Shown piece by piece: positions 21,163-31,672 of a stretch of 64,000 bases of DNA. This stretch comes from Gaiella sp. (lineage in GTDB: Bacteria > Actinomycetota > Thermoleophilia > Gaiellales > Gaiellaceae). The position numbers were made by a program, and so were the translations under genes. Each line of letters opens with the position of its first letter. Position 1 is the first letter of the stretch. The stretch is from positions 1,790,622 to 1,854,621 of the forward strand of contig JAOSJZ010000001.1 in the NCBI GenBank assembly GCA_027493885.1, in the 5' to 3' direction. The notes under the pieces are model-generated. The model did no database searches, was not told where the DNA came from, and worked only from the letters and a program-made list of their open reading frames with translations.

Positions 21163-21798
21163 ATGGTGCGCAGGGCGAGGCCCAGCTGGCTGTACTCCCT
21201 CGTAGCGGCGCTGACCTGGCCCGTGCTGATGGTGCTCTTCCGGCTCCGCTCGACGGGCCGGGAGCACGTTCCCGACGGCGGCTGCGTGCTCGCCGCGAAC
21301 CACTGGTCGAACTTCGACCCGTGGCCCCTCGGGATGCCGCTCTTCCCGCGGCGGTTCCTGCGCTTCATGGCGAAGAAGGAGCTGTTCTGGCCGCCGCTCG
21401 GCTGGATCATCCGCGCCGGCGGCGGCTTCCGCGTCGACCGCGGCCAGCGCGACCAGCAGGCAATCGACACGGCCGTCGCCCTCTGCAGGGAGGGCCATGC
21501 CGTGGTGATGTTCCCCGAGGGGACGCGGCGAAGAAAGGGCCTGCGCAAGCGACACGAGGCGCGCTGGCACACGGGCGCCGCCCGGATCGCGCTCGAGGCG
21601 GGCGTGCCGCTCGTGCCGGCGGGGATCGCCGGCACCGAGCGCCTCGGCCGGCTCGGGCCGCTGCGCGTCGCGTACGGGCCGCCGATCGAGACGGGCGACC
21701 TCACAGGGCTCGACCCCGCCGAGGCCGCGCAGGTGGCGACCGACCGGCTGCGCGAGGCGATCACGGGGCTGGAGGCGACGGCGGGAGGGAAGCTGTGA
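21163..21798 (+). CDS. plsC: Lysophospholipid (1-acyl-sn-glycerol-3-phosphate) acyltransferase
   Basis: NHWSNFD (HX4D), FMAKKELF, MFPEGTR motifs. Confidence 0.9.
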   Translation: MVRRARPSWLYSLVAALTWPVLMVLFRLRSTGREHVPDGGCVLAANHWSNFDPWPLGMPLFPRRFLRFMAKKELFWPPLGWIIRAGGGFRVDRGQRDQQAIDTAVALCREGHAVVMFPEGTRRRKGLRKRHEARWHTGAARIALEAGVPLVPAGIAGTERLGRLGPLRVAYGPPIETGDLTGLDPAEAAQVATDRLREAITGLEATAGGKL

Positions 21799-21815
21799 CG
21801 TCGCGCGCAAGCCCC

Positions 21816-21892
21816 GGTGTCCGACTTCAGTCGGACACCCATGTCGGGGCGACGGCGTCGGGCCGGAGGTGTCGGACTGAAGTCCGACACCT
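21816..21892. repeat. Second BIME-like pair of REP-like hairpins
   Basis: GGTGTCCGACT-TC-AGTCGGACACC (21816-21839) and AGGTGTCGGACT-GA-AGTCCGACACCT (21867-21892). Confidence 0.85.
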
Positions 21893-21916
21893 GACCAAGG
21901 CGACGCTGGGGAGCGC

Positions 21917-22752
21917 GTGAGGCGGCCGCTGCTCGTGATCGACGGAGACTCGTTCGCGCACCGCGCGTTCCACGCGCTGCCGCGCTCGATTCGCCGGGCG
22001 GACGGCCGGCCGGGCAACCTGCTCACCGGGCTCGTCTCGATGGTGCTGCGACTGTGCGAGGCGGAGCGGCCGCGTGCGGTCGTCGTCGGCTGGGACACGC
22101 TCACCGTCCCGACCTACCGGCACGAGCTGCTGCCCGGCTACCAGGCGGGGCGCGTGTTCGACCCCGAGCTCCTCGAGCAGCTCGACCTCGCCCCGGGGCT
22201 GCTCGAGTCGGGCGGCATCGCGTGCGCGAAGGCGCCCGGGTACGAGGCGGACGACTTCCTCGCCGCCGCGGTCGCCGCCGAGCGAAAGGCCGGCGGCACC
22301 TCGCTCGTCGCGACATCCGACCGCGACGCGTTCCAGCTCGCCGCGGAGGACGTGACGATCCTGCAGCCGGTGCGCGGCGTGAGCGAGCTCGCGCGGATCG
22401 GACCGGCCGAGGTGCGCGAGCGCTACGGCGTCGAGCCCGCACAGGTGCCCGACTTCATCGCGCTCCGCGGCGACCCGTCGGACAGGATTCCCGGCGCTCG
22501 CGGCGTCGGCGCGAAGACCGCCGCCTCGCTCCTCGCCGGGCACGGAAGCCTGGACGCGCTCCTTGGCGCGGGTCGCTTCTCGGCCGAGGCGGACGCTCTG
22601 CTGACCTACCGGCGGATCGCGACGCTCGACTCCGCGGCACCACTCCCGCCGCTCCCCGAGCACGGGCCGGACTGGCGCGCGCTGGCCGCCGCTGCCGCTT
22701 CTCTCGGAATGGGGCGCCTCGCGGAAGGCTCGAGGAGGCCGCATCGAGCTGA
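21917..22752 (+). CDS. Stand-alone 5'-3' exonuclease/flap endonuclease, apparent frameshift near 22725
   Basis: [70 protein letters not shown]. Confidence 0.88.
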
Positions 22753-22766
22753 TCTCCCACCCGGCG

Positions 22767-23599
22767 ATGGCGCACCTGCATCCGACGGGGCACCACCACC
22801 ATCCGGAGCGGCCGGAGCGCCTCGCGACCCTGCTCGAAGCGCTCGGCGGCGCTCGCCACGGCACGCGTGCAAGCAGGGCGCAGATCGAGCGCGTGCACGA
22901 TGCGGCGTACGTCGAGACGATCGCCTCGCTCAGGGAAGAGACGTGGCTCGACGGCGACACGCTCGCCGGCCCGACCTCGTGGGAGGCGGCCCGCCTCGCG
23001 GCCGGCTGCGCCGCCGAGGCCGCCGCGGCGAACGGGTTCGCGCTCGTGCGGCCGCCGGGGCACCACGCCCTACGACATCATGCGATGGGCTTCTGCCTCT
23101 TCGACAACGTCGCCGTCGCGGCCCGGCATGCGCAGGACGAGCTCGGGGTCGAGCGCATCGCGATCGTCGACTGGGACGTCCACCACGGCAACGGGACCGA
23201 CGCGATCTTTCGAGGCGACGACTCGGTGCTCGCCGTCTCGCTTCACCAGTGGCCGTTCTACCCGGGCAGCGGCGGGCCCGGGACGAGCGACGAGACGACG
23301 CTGAACGTCCCCCTGCCGGAAGGCTCCGGCGACGCCGAGTACGCGGCGGCGTTCCGCGATCTCGTCGAGCCGGCCGTCGCCGCCTTCGACCCGGGTCTCG
23401 TGCTCGTCGCGGCCGGGTTCGACGCCCATGTCGAGGACCCCTCGCTGGCATGGAGGTGACGGAGGAGGGCTTCGCCGAGCTCGCGCGGCGCTCGGCACAG
23501 CTCGGCCCGCGGGTCGCCGCGGTGCTCGAGGGCGGCTACAACCTCGCCACGCTGCCGCGGCTCGTGGAGGCCGCGCTCGCGGGGTTCGCCGCCGGGTAG
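22767..23599 (+). CDS. Histone deacetylase-family protein, apparent -1 frameshift at C4 run 23438-23441
   Basis: [49 protein letters not shown]; repaired C-terminus [20 protein letters not shown]. Confidence 0.9.
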
Positions 23600-23609
23600 C
23601 GCCGGCCGG

Positions 23610-24242
23610 TCAGACGGAGACGCTGACGGGCGAGGCCGCGATCCAGGCGAAGGTCGAGAGGAAGACGACGATCCCGATCGCGAGCATGGCGAGCCGGAGC
23701 CGCGGGGACGGGAGCTTCGTGCTCATGCCCGCGAAGAACAACGCCGCCGCGAACAGGACGACGCCGAGCACGTAGTTCGTCGAGCGCTGGATGTTCCTGC
23801 GCGCCGTCGCCGCCAGCTCGTCCGCCTGGGCCTCGAGCCGCTCCGCGCTCTCGCGCGCGGCGGAGCGGTACTGCGGCATCGCGAACGGCGTGAGCGGGGC
23901 GTTCGGGTTCGTCCGCGGCGTTGTCGCGATCCACGCGTCGAGCGCCGGCTTGAACTCGGGCCGGAAGCGCGCGAAGTAGAAGTCGCTGAGCTCCTGCTCG
24001 CCCTTCGCGTACGCGTCGACCCACTGCATGAACATGGCGACGTCGACCTGGGTGAGCGCATTCGCGCGATCGGAGTCGCGCGTCGACTCCACGCGCGCGG
24101 CGTTGCTCCGCCCGGTCGCCTTCGTCGCCTCCGCGTTCCAGCGGCTTGCCTGGTAGCCGCTCCAGGCGGTCGCCACCGTCGCGAGCGCGAGCAGGATCGT
24201 CGCGACGAGCGCGACGCGATCGGCCCCCGCCTCGCCGCTCAC
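23610..24242 (-). CDS. Three-TM membrane protein with helical extracytoplasmic domain
   Basis: ILLALATVATAWSGYQASRW, central soluble helices, two C-terminal TMs; GTGA overlap with upstream gene. Confidence 0.65.
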   Translation of the reverse strand: MSGEAGADRVALVATILLALATVATAWSGYQASRWNAEATKATGRSNAARVESTRDSDRANALTQVDVAMFMQWVDAYAKGEQELSDFYFARFRPEFKPALDAWIATTPRTNPNAPLTPFAMPQYRSAARESAERLEAQADELAATARRNIQRSTNYVLGVVLFAAALFFAGMSTKLPSPRLRLAMLAIGIVVFLSTFAWIAASPVSVSV

Positions 24243-25065
24243 AGCGGCCGGCCCCGCTCGTCGCACGGTGGCACGACCCCGGTGCGAAGGACGGCAGCAC
24301 CTCGTCCAGCGCGGCCAGCGACCGCTCCATCGCGACGGGCTTCAGGCCGCCGACACCGGAGTGGAACGGGCTGTCGAGGAACGAGAGGAGCAGGAGCATC
24401 GTCACGATCACCGACGTCACCGCGCCCATCAGGAGGCCCTGCGTCACGGCGCGCTCACCGCTGTCGGCGAAGAACAGCATGTAGACGAAGATCACGGCCG
24501 TGATGAAGAAGAGAACGATCCAGAGCGGGGACGGAATCACCCCCGCGGCCCCGTGGACGCGATCGCGGCGGGCCTCCTCCCGCGTCGAGGTCTGCTCGAG
24601 CCACTTGTCGTAGGCGGACTGCTGCGCCGCCGTCTGCGGCTGGACGCTGCCGAGGGTGCGAAACAGCTCCAGCGACCACGGGTTCGGCGCGTCGCCCACC
24701 GTGCCGCCGCTCTCCATGCGACGCCACTCGTCCCCCACGACCGAGCGGGCATAGCAGAGGAGCTGCCCGGTCAGCTTCGCCGACGAGGCGGCCGGGAACT
24801 GCTGCGCGTTCTCGACCTGCTGCACGAGGACGAGCGCCTCGCTCTCCGCGCCGAGGCGCGACTGGTCGTAGCTCGTGAACGCGAGGAAGATGATGAACCC
24901 GAGCAGGACCGAGAAGCCGGTCGCGAGGACGCCGAACACGCCCGACGCACGGTCGCCGTCCGAGAAGTAGCTGCCCTCCGGCGCCCGGCGCCGCACGACG
25001 AGCATCGCCGTCACGGCGAGGGCCGTCGCGGCCGCGACGACGAGCGCGCCCCAGACGAGGTTCAC
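24239..25065 (-). CDS. DUF4239/bestrophin-like membrane protein, apparent -1 frameshift at C4 run 24277-24280
   Basis: GVLATGFSVLLGFIIFLAF, CYARSVVGDEW, ARRDRVHGAAGVIPSPLW, LLSFLDSPF. Confidence 0.65.
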
Positions 25066-25278
25066 GGTGGCGAACGTAACGCGTCAACCACGCGACCGCC
25101 GCCGGCCGCCTCCTTTCCACCCGGGTGAACCGCTTTGCGCCGTTTGCGACCGCTCGGCGCGTGCGGCCGGCCCGGCCACTCCGCGATGGGGGATTCCCTG
25201 ATCGCGCCTGCGTGAAAGGCCCGAAGTCGCGGGCCGCGCTCCGACCTACTGTCGGTCGGGAGCCACCCAGGAGGCGAC

Positions 25279-26775
25279 GTGCGTAGCGAGCCGGTTCACC
25301 GGGAGGTCGTCGACGACGACGCTCTCTCGCGGACCGTGGTGCGACTGCGCGAGGCCGGGATCGCGCTGCCGACGTTCGCCCAGCTCGCGAGCCCGTCGCT
25401 GATCCCCCCGCGTGTCCTAGCGGCTCTCGCGGACGTCGGCCTGGACGACCCGCATCCGCTCAACCTCTTCCGGGTGCACTGGTCGAACGGCTCCGACCGC
25501 ACCCGTCTCGTCGACGTCCCCGAGCACCTCGTCCTGCCGAGAGCGCTGACGGGAGTCGAGGCGAGGATCGTCGTCGCGCTCGGCGACCGCTTCCCGCTGA
25601 TCCGGGCCCACAAGGTGCTCGCCGCGTACGGGTGCCTCGCGCCGCGCCTCGCGAGCGGCACCTTCGATCCCACGCGCCACCGCGCCGTCTGGCCCTCGAC
25701 GGGAAACTACTGCCGCGGCGGCGTCGCCATCTCACGGCTGCTCGGCTGCCGCGGGGTCGCGGTCCTGCCCGAAGGTATGAGCCGCGAGCGCTTCGACTGG
25801 CTCGACCGCTGGGTCTCGGACCCGGCCGACGTCGTGACGACGCCGGGGACCGAGAGCAACGTCAAGGAGATCTACGACCGTTGCAGGGAGCTCGCCGCCG
25901 ACCCGGACAACGTGGTCCTCAACCAGTTCTCCGAGCTCGGGAACTACCTCGTCCACTACCTGGCGACCGGGACCGCCCTCGAGCGCGTGTTCGAGTCGCT
26001 GCGCGAGCGCGAGCCGAAGCTCCGGCTGCGGGCGTTCGTGTCGGCCACGGGCTCGGCGGGGACGATCGCCGCAGGCGACCGCCTGAAGGAGCGCTACGGC
26101 TCGCTGACCGTCGCCTGCGAGGCGCTCGAGTGCCCGACGCTCCTCTACAACGGCTTCGGCGAGCACAACATCCAGGGGATCGGCGACAAGCACGTTCCCC
26201 TGATCCACAACGTGCTCGCGACGGACGTCGTCCTCGCCGTCTCCGACCGGGCGACCGACCGGCTCGGCGTCCTCTTCGGCACCGAGGCCGGCCGGCGCCA
26301 TCTCGCGCGGCGCGGCGTGTCCGACGGGGCGCTCGCCGGCCTTCCGTCGCTCGGTCTCTCGAGCATCTGCAACGTGCTCGGCGCGATCAAGGTCGCGAAG
26401 CACTTCGGGCTCGGCTCCGACGACGTCCTGGTCACCGTCGCGACCGACGGTGCGCCGATGTACGACAGCGAGCGCGAGACGGCGCGCGCCCGGTACTTCC
26501 CGGACGGCTTCGACCGCGTCGCGGCGGCCGAGACGTACGGCGAGCACCTGCTCGGCGCCGCGACCGACCACCTTCGCGAGCTCGACTCGAATGAGCGCCG
26601 GCGGATCTTCAACCTCGGCTACTACACCTGGGTCGAGCAGCAGGACGTCTCGCTCGCGGATTTCGAGGCGCGCCGCGACCCGGCGTTCTGGAAGGCGCTC
26701 CCCGACCGCGTGGCGGCGTGGGACGACCTCATCGACGACCTCAACGCCCGGACCGGCGTCCTGGAGGCCCTATGA
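25279..26775 (+). CDS. Fold-type II PLP-dependent enzyme (cysteine synthase/Trp synthase beta superfamily)
   Basis: AHKVLAAY Schiff-base Lys, WPSTGNY, ATGSAGT phosphate loop, [12 protein letters not shown]. Confidence 0.8.
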   Translation: MRSEPVHREVVDDDALSRTVVRLREAGIALPTFAQLASPSLIPPRVLAALADVGLDDPHPLNLFRVHWSNGSDRTRLVDVPEHLVLPRALTGVEARIVVALGDRFPLIRAHKVLAAYGCLAPRLASGTFDPTRHRAVWPSTGNYCRGGVAISRLLGCRGVAVLPEGMSRERFDWLDRWVSDPADVVTTPGTESNVKEIYDRCRELAADPDNVVLNQFSELGNYLVHYLATGTALERVFESLREREPKLRLRAFVSATGSAGTIAAGDRLKERYGSLTVACEALECPTLLYNGFGEHNIQGIGDKHVPLIHNVLATDVVLAVSDRATDRLGVLFGTEAGRRHLARRGVSDGALAGLPSLGLSSICNVLGAIKVAKHFGLGSDDVLVTVATDGAPMYDSERETARARYFPDGFDRVAAAETYGEHLLGAATDHLRELDSNERRRIFNLGYYTWVEQQDVSLADFEARRDPAFWKALPDRVAAWDDLIDDLNARTGVLEAL

Positions 26776-28166
26776 GCACGATCGGAAGCCGCCTCGTCTG
26801 TTCGGGCTGCGGCGCCTCGCCCGGGCCGTGGGAGCCGTACCCCTTCCGCTGCCCCGAGGCGCGCCCCGGCGACGACGTCGACCACGTCCTGCGCCGCAGG
26901 CTCGACCTCGCGCGCGTCTCCTTCCCCCTCGACGACCCCGAGCCGAACCCGTTCCTCCGCTACCGCGGGCTGCTCCACGCCGCGCGACTCGCACTCGCGG
27001 GGGGTATCGCCGACGACCGGCTCCGCGCGCTCGTGCGCCGCCTCGACGACGCGGTGGCGGCGGTCGACGGGCACGGCTTCCGCACGACGCCGTTCCGGCG
27101 CAGCGAGGAGCTCGGCCGTGCTTGCGGCTTTTCCGGGGCGGGCGGGGTCTGGGTGAAGGACGAGACGGGCAACGTCTCCGGCTCGCACAAGGCGCGGCAC
27201 CTGTTCGGTGTCCTGCTCCAGCTCGCGGTGGCAGAGGAGCTCGGCCTCGTAGAACGCGCGCCGAGGCCCGAGCTCGCGATCGCGAGCTGCGGCAACGCGG
27301 CGCTCGCAGCGGCCATCCTCGCCGCGGCGAGCGGGCGCACGCTGCGCGTCTTCGTCCCGCCCCACGCCGAGCCGGCCGTGCTCGCGCGGCTGCGTGAGCT
27401 CGGCGCCCTGGTGGAGGAGTGCCCGCGCGACGGCCGTCCCGGCGATCCGGCCTACCACCGCCTGCTCGAGGCGCTCGCCGCCGGCGCGCTTCCGTTCACC
27501 TGCCAGGGGAACCTCAACGGCCTCGCCGTCGAAGGAGGCCAGACGCTCGGGTGGGAGCTCGCCGCCGCCGGTGTCCCACTCGACCGGCTCGTCGTCCAGG
27601 TCGGAGGCGGCGCGCTCGCGAGCGCGTGCGCCCACGCCTTCGACGAGGCGGTCGCCCTCGGCGCGCTCGCGAGCGCGCCGCGGCTGGACACGGTGCAGAC
27701 GGAGGGGGCCCGGCCGCTCCGGCGCGCGTTCGAGGCGCTCGAGCGGGTCGACGCCGACGACCCCGTCGCGTTCGCGGCGCGGCACCGCTCCCGCTTCATG
27801 TGGCCGTGGGAGACGGAGCCGCGAGGCGTCGCGCACGGGATCCTCGACGACGAGACGTACGACTGGCTCGCGGTGGTCGAGGCGATGCGCGCGACGGGCG
27901 GGCGGCCGCTCGTGGTGGACGACGAGTCGCTCATGGCGGCGAACGCGCTCGCGCGGGAGGCGACCGGGATCGACGTCGACCCCACGGGCTCCGCGGGGCT
28001 CGCCGGCCTGCTCGCGCTCCGCGCGGCCGGGGACCTCGACCCGGAAGAGCGGGTCGCGGTGTTGTTCACGGGAGTCGTGCGAACGGCTCCGACCGAGAGG
28101 AGGAGACACGATGAGGAGCTTCCTCGGACGAGACATCCTGTCGCTTCGGGACTTCGAGCGCGCTGA
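26772..28166 (+). CDS. Threonine-synthase-like fold-type II PLP enzyme with N-terminal Cys motif
   Basis: [51 protein letters not shown]; 3' end overlaps next gene. Confidence 0.8.
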   Translation: MSTIGSRLVCSGCGASPGPWEPYPFRCPEARPGDDVDHVLRRRLDLARVSFPLDDPEPNPFLRYRGLLHAARLALAGGIADDRLRALVRRLDDAVAAVDGHGFRTTPFRRSEELGRACGFSGAGGVWVKDETGNVSGSHKARHLFGVLLQLAVAEELGLVERAPRPELAIASCGNAALAAAILAAASGRTLRVFVPPHAEPAVLARLRELGALVEECPRDGRPGDPAYHRLLEALAAGALPFTCQGNLNGLAVEGGQTLGWELAAAGVPLDRLVVQVGGGALASACAHAFDEAVALGALASAPRLDTVQTEGARPLRRAFEALERVDADDPVAFAARHRSRFMWPWETEPRGVAHGILDDETYDWLAVVEAMRATGGRPLVVDDESLMAANALAREATGIDVDPTGSAGLAGLLALRAAGDLDPEERVAVLFTGVVRTAPTERRRHDEELPRTRHPVASGLRAR

Positions 28167-29067
28167 CTTCCAGCGCATCTTCGAGGTCTGCGACGAGCTC
28201 GCGCCGATCGCGAAGACCCGCCGGAACGCAGATCTCCTGTCCGGCAAGACGCTCCTGACGGCGTTCTACCAGCCGAGCACGCGGACGCGTCTCGCGACGG
28301 AGGCAGCCATGCACCGCCTGGGCGGGCACGTGCTCGGCTTCTCCGACGCGAAGATGACCCGGGCGGGCGACTTCTACCAGGAGTCGATCAAGGACACGGT
28401 CCACATGCTCGAGTACTACGGCGACGTCATCGCCATGCGCCACTTCGAGCAGGGCGCGCCCGCGGAGGCCGCGAGGTGGGCGTCGATCCCGGTGATCAAC
28501 TGCGGCGACGGCTGGGGCGAGCACCCGACCCAGGTGCTGACCGACCTCTACACGACGCAGAAGGAGCTCGGGCGCCTCGACGGCCTCACCTATCTCCTCG
28601 TCGGCGACATGCGCATGCGGACGATGCACTCGATCCTCTACGCGCTCTCGCAGTTCGACGCGAAGGCGTACGTCGTCGGGCCGCCGGAGATGTCCCTCAC
28701 GCCCGAGTTCACGCGCGAGCTGGAGGAGCGGAACGTCCGCTACGAGGAGGCGTTCTCGGTCGAGGACGTGATCGAGGCGTGCGACGTCATCTACATGGAG
28801 CCGGTCGTGCAGGCCGACTACACGGCCTCGCGCGAGGAGCGCGGGGGCGGCGGCGTCGCGACGACCCCGGCCACGTACCGCGTCACCCGCCAGCTCTTGC
28901 GGGAGAAGGCGAAGCCGGGCGCGATCATCCTGCACAGCCTGCCGCGCATGGACGAGCTGCCCGCGGACGTCGACCAGACGCGCCACGCGCGCTACTGGCA
29001 GGAGGCGTTCAACGGCGTCGTCATGCGGATGGCGCTGCTCGCGCTCGTGCTCGGGGCCGTCGAGTAG
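28111..29067 (+). CDS. ATCase/OTCase-superfamily carbamoyltransferase of unknown specificity
   Basis: FYQPSTRTRL, INCGDGWGEHPTQ, ILHSLPR; AGGAG RBS. Confidence 0.85.
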   Translation: MRSFLGRDILSLRDFERADFQRIFEVCDELAPIAKTRRNADLLSGKTLLTAFYQPSTRTRLATEAAMHRLGGHVLGFSDAKMTRAGDFYQESIKDTVHMLEYYGDVIAMRHFEQGAPAEAARWASIPVINCGDGWGEHPTQVLTDLYTTQKELGRLDGLTYLLVGDMRMRTMHSILYALSQFDAKAYVVGPPEMSLTPEFTRELEERNVRYEEAFSVEDVIEACDVIYMEPVVQADYTASREERGGGGVATTPATYRVTRQLLREKAKPGAIILHSLPRMDELPADVDQTRHARYWQEAFNGVVMRMALLALVLGAVE

Positions 29068-29081
29068 GGGGTGAAGCCGAG

Positions 29082-29564
29082 GTGGAGCTCACGCTCAACG
29101 GCCTGACCGTCGTCGCGGAGCCCTGCGACGGGCAGAGCCTGCTCGAGCTGCTCCGCGACGACTTCGGCCTGCGCTCGCCGAAGGACGGGTGCGCCCCGGA
29201 GGGCTCGTGCGGGGCGTGCACCGTCCTCGTCGACGGTCACGCGGTCGTCTCGTGCGCCCAGAAGGCGACCCGGGTGGAGGGCAAGAGCGTCGTCACGCAG
29301 GAGGGGCTCGACGAGGAGTCGCGGCGGCTCTGGGCGGAGAGCTTCGTCGCCGCAGGCGCTTCGCAGTGCGGGTTCTGCTCGCCCGGCGTCGTGATGAAGG
29401 CCGAGGCGCTGCTCCGCAAGAACGCGGCGCCGACGCGCGCCGAGATCGCGCACGCGCTCCTCGGCAACCTCTGCCGCTGCACGGGCTACGCGAAGATCGT
29501 CGACGCGGTCGAGCGGGCGGCAGCGGCCAGGCGGGGGAAGCGCGCGCGGGCGCCGAGCCGGTGA
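29082..29564 (+). CDS. 2x[2Fe-2S] domain of a xanthine-dehydrogenase-family enzyme (possibly fused to the next ORF)
   Basis: KDGCAPEGSCGACTVL..SC, SQCGFCSPG, GNLCRCTGY. Confidence 0.9.
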   Translation: MELTLNGLTVVAEPCDGQSLLELLRDDFGLRSPKDGCAPEGSCGACTVLVDGHAVVSCAQKATRVEGKSVVTQEGLDEESRRLWAESFVAAGASQCGFCSPGVVMKAEALLRKNAAPTRAEIAHALLGNLCRCTGYAKIVDAVERAAAARRGKRARAPSR

Positions 29565-31672
29565 CCGGCATCGGCGCCCGCGCCCCGCGCTACGAGGGCG
29601 CAGAGCTCGCGCTCGGCGACCGGCCCTTCGTCGCGGACCTCGTCGAGCCGGGCATGCTCCAGGGAGCCCTCCGCTTCTCCGACCACCCGCGGGCGCGGGT
29701 CCTCGCGATCGACACGGCCGCCGCCGGGGCGTGCCCTGGCGTGGTCGCGGTCGTGACCGCGGCGGACGTCCCCGGCGAGCGGCTGCAGGGGCCGTTGACG
29801 CGCGACCGGCCGCAGCTCGTCGCGGTCGGCGAGACCACGGCGTACGTGGGCGACGTGCTGGCCGCGGTCGCCGCCGAGAGCCGGGCCGCGGCGCGTGAGG
29901 CGGCCGCGCTCGTCCGAGTGGAGTACGAGGTGCTCGAGCCCGTCGCCGACCCCTTCGAGGCGACGGCCGCCGGCGCGCCCGAGCTCCACCCCGGCGGCAA
30001 CGTCCTCTCGGTCTCGCGCGTGCACCGCGGCGACGCCGACCGCGCGCTCGCCGGCGCGGCGCACCTGGTGCACGAGCGGTTCCGGACGCAGACGATCGAG
30101 CACGCCTTCCTCGAGCCCGAGGCCGCGCTCGCGGTGCCCGTCGACGACGGCTTCCGGGTCTTCTCGCAGGGCCAGGGCGCCTGGGAGGACCGGCGGCAGC
30201 TCGCCTCGTTCCTCGGTCTCCCGGCGGGGCGCGTCCGGGTGACGCAGGTCGCGACCGGCGGCGCCTTCGGCGGCAAGGAGGACCTGAGCGTCCAGCCCCA
30301 TGCCGCCCTGCTCGCCCTGGTCACCGGGCGTCCTGTCCTCGTCGTGCTCGGCCGGCGCGAGAGCATCCGCTTCCACCCCAAGCGCCACCCGCTGTGGCTC
30401 GACTACACGGCGGGCTGCGACGAGGAGGGGAGGCTCGTCGCCGTGCGGGCGCGGATCGTCGGCGACACCGGCGCCTACGCGAGCGTCGGCGACAAGGTGC
30501 TCGAGCGCGCCGCGGGCCACGCCTGCGGCGCCTACCGCGTGCCGAACGTCGACGTCGAGGCCCGGGCCGTCTACACGAACAATCCGCCGTGCGGCGCGAT
30601 GCGCGGCTTCGGCGTCAGCCAGGCCAACTTTGCCGTCGAGGGCGTCCTCGACCGGCTCGCCGAGAAAGCCGGCATCGACGGCTGGGAGATCCGCTGGCGC
30701 AACGCCCTGCGCGTCGGCGACCGCACGGGCACGGGACAGAAGCTCGGTCAGGGAGTCGGCCTCGAGGAGACGCTGCTCGCGGTGCGGGACGCCTACCGCG
30801 AGGCGCGCCACGCGGGCATCGCCTGCGGGATCAAGAACACGGGCATCGGCAACGGCGTCGTCGAGGAGGGGCATGCCGTCCTCCGGCCCGAGGCCGACGG
30901 CACGGTCACGCTGCTCCACTCCTGGACGGAGATGGGCCAGGGCGTGCACACCGTCCTGCGCCAGATCGCCTGCGAGGAGCTCGGCGTCGCGCCCGACCGG
31001 ATCCGCGTCGCCGTCGACACGGAGCGCGAGCTCGACACGGGCATCACGACCGCGTCGCGCGCGACCGTGCTGGGCGGCAACGCCGTGCTCGACGCCGCCC
31101 GCCGGTTGCGTGAAGCCCTCGGCGTGGCCCCGCTCGAGTCGCTTGCCGGACAGGAGTTCCGCGGCGACGTCGTCGTCGACTGGACGACCGCGAACGACGC
31201 CGACGAGCCCGTTACGCACCTCGCGTACGCCTGGGCGACGCAGGTCGTCGTGCTCGACGGCGAGGGCCGGCTCGAGAAGGTGATCGCCGCGCACGATGTC
31301 GGCCGCGCGCTCAACCCGACCCTCGTCGAGGGCCAGATCGAGGGCGGCATCCACATGGGTCTCGGCCAGGCGCTCTCCGAGGAGCTCGTGCTCGAGCGCT
31401 GCGTGCCCGTGACCGAGACCCTCAAGTCCCTGCACCTGATCCCGCCGACCGGCATGCCGGAGGTGGAGTGCATCCTCGTGGAGGTGCCGCAGCCCGAGGG
31501 CCCGTACGGGGCGAAGGGCGTCGGCGAGGCGTCGCTGGTGCCCACCGCGGCGGCGGCGGCGGCCGCGCTCCACGCGTTCGACGGCGTTCGCCGGACGGAG
31601 CTTCCGATGAAGGACGCGCCCGCCGCGCTCGCCGCGGTCCCGCATCTCCGACGCGCAAAGGAGCGGACATGA
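29561..31672 (+). CDS. Molybdopterin-binding subunit, xanthine dehydrogenase family
   Basis: [48 protein letters not shown]. Confidence 0.92.
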   Translation: MTGIGARAPRYEGAELALGDRPFVADLVEPGMLQGALRFSDHPRARVLAIDTAAAGACPGVVAVVTAADVPGERLQGPLTRDRPQLVAVGETTAYVGDVLAAVAAESRAAAREAAALVRVEYEVLEPVADPFEATAAGAPELHPGGNVLSVSRVHRGDADRALAGAAHLVHERFRTQTIEHAFLEPEAALAVPVDDGFRVFSQGQGAWEDRRQLASFLGLPAGRVRVTQVATGGAFGGKEDLSVQPHAALLALVTGRPVLVVLGRRESIRFHPKRHPLWLDYTAGCDEEGRLVAVRARIVGDTGAYASVGDKVLERAAGHACGAYRVPNVDVEARAVYTNNPPCGAMRGFGVSQANFAVEGVLDRLAEKAGIDGWEIRWRNALRVGDRTGTGQKLGQGVGLEETLLAVRDAYREARHAGIACGIKNTGIGNGVVEEGHAVLRPEADGTVTLLHSWTEMGQGVHTVLRQIACEELGVAPDRIRVAVDTERELDTGITTASRATVLGGNAVLDAARRLREALGVAPLESLAGQEFRGDVVVDWTTANDADEPVTHLAYAWATQVVVLDGEGRLEKVIAAHDVGRALNPTLVEGQIEGGIHMGLGQALSEELVLERCVPVTETLKSLHLIPPTGMPEVECILVEVPQPEGPYGAKGVGEASLVPTAAAAAAALHAFDGVRRTELPMKDAPAALAAVPHLRRAKERT

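Noticed and set aside
17137-21892. Palindromic repeats as a CRISPR array
   Set aside because: Only two pairs in opposite orientation, 4.6 kb apart, with no spacer series and no cas genes.
21917-23599. Apparent exonuclease-HDAC fusion (560-aa ORF)
   Set aside because: Produced by two separate frameshifts; the middle is out-of-frame nonsense and each gene resolves separately.
3028-24280. Phase variation or programmed frameshifting at G/C runs
   Set aside because: Runs are only 4-5 nt, shift in both directions and hit topA; sequencing error is more parsimonious.
23536-25065. 509-aa DUF4239 ORF
   Set aside because: Read-through from the frameshift at 24277-24280; the repaired stop overlaps the next GTG.
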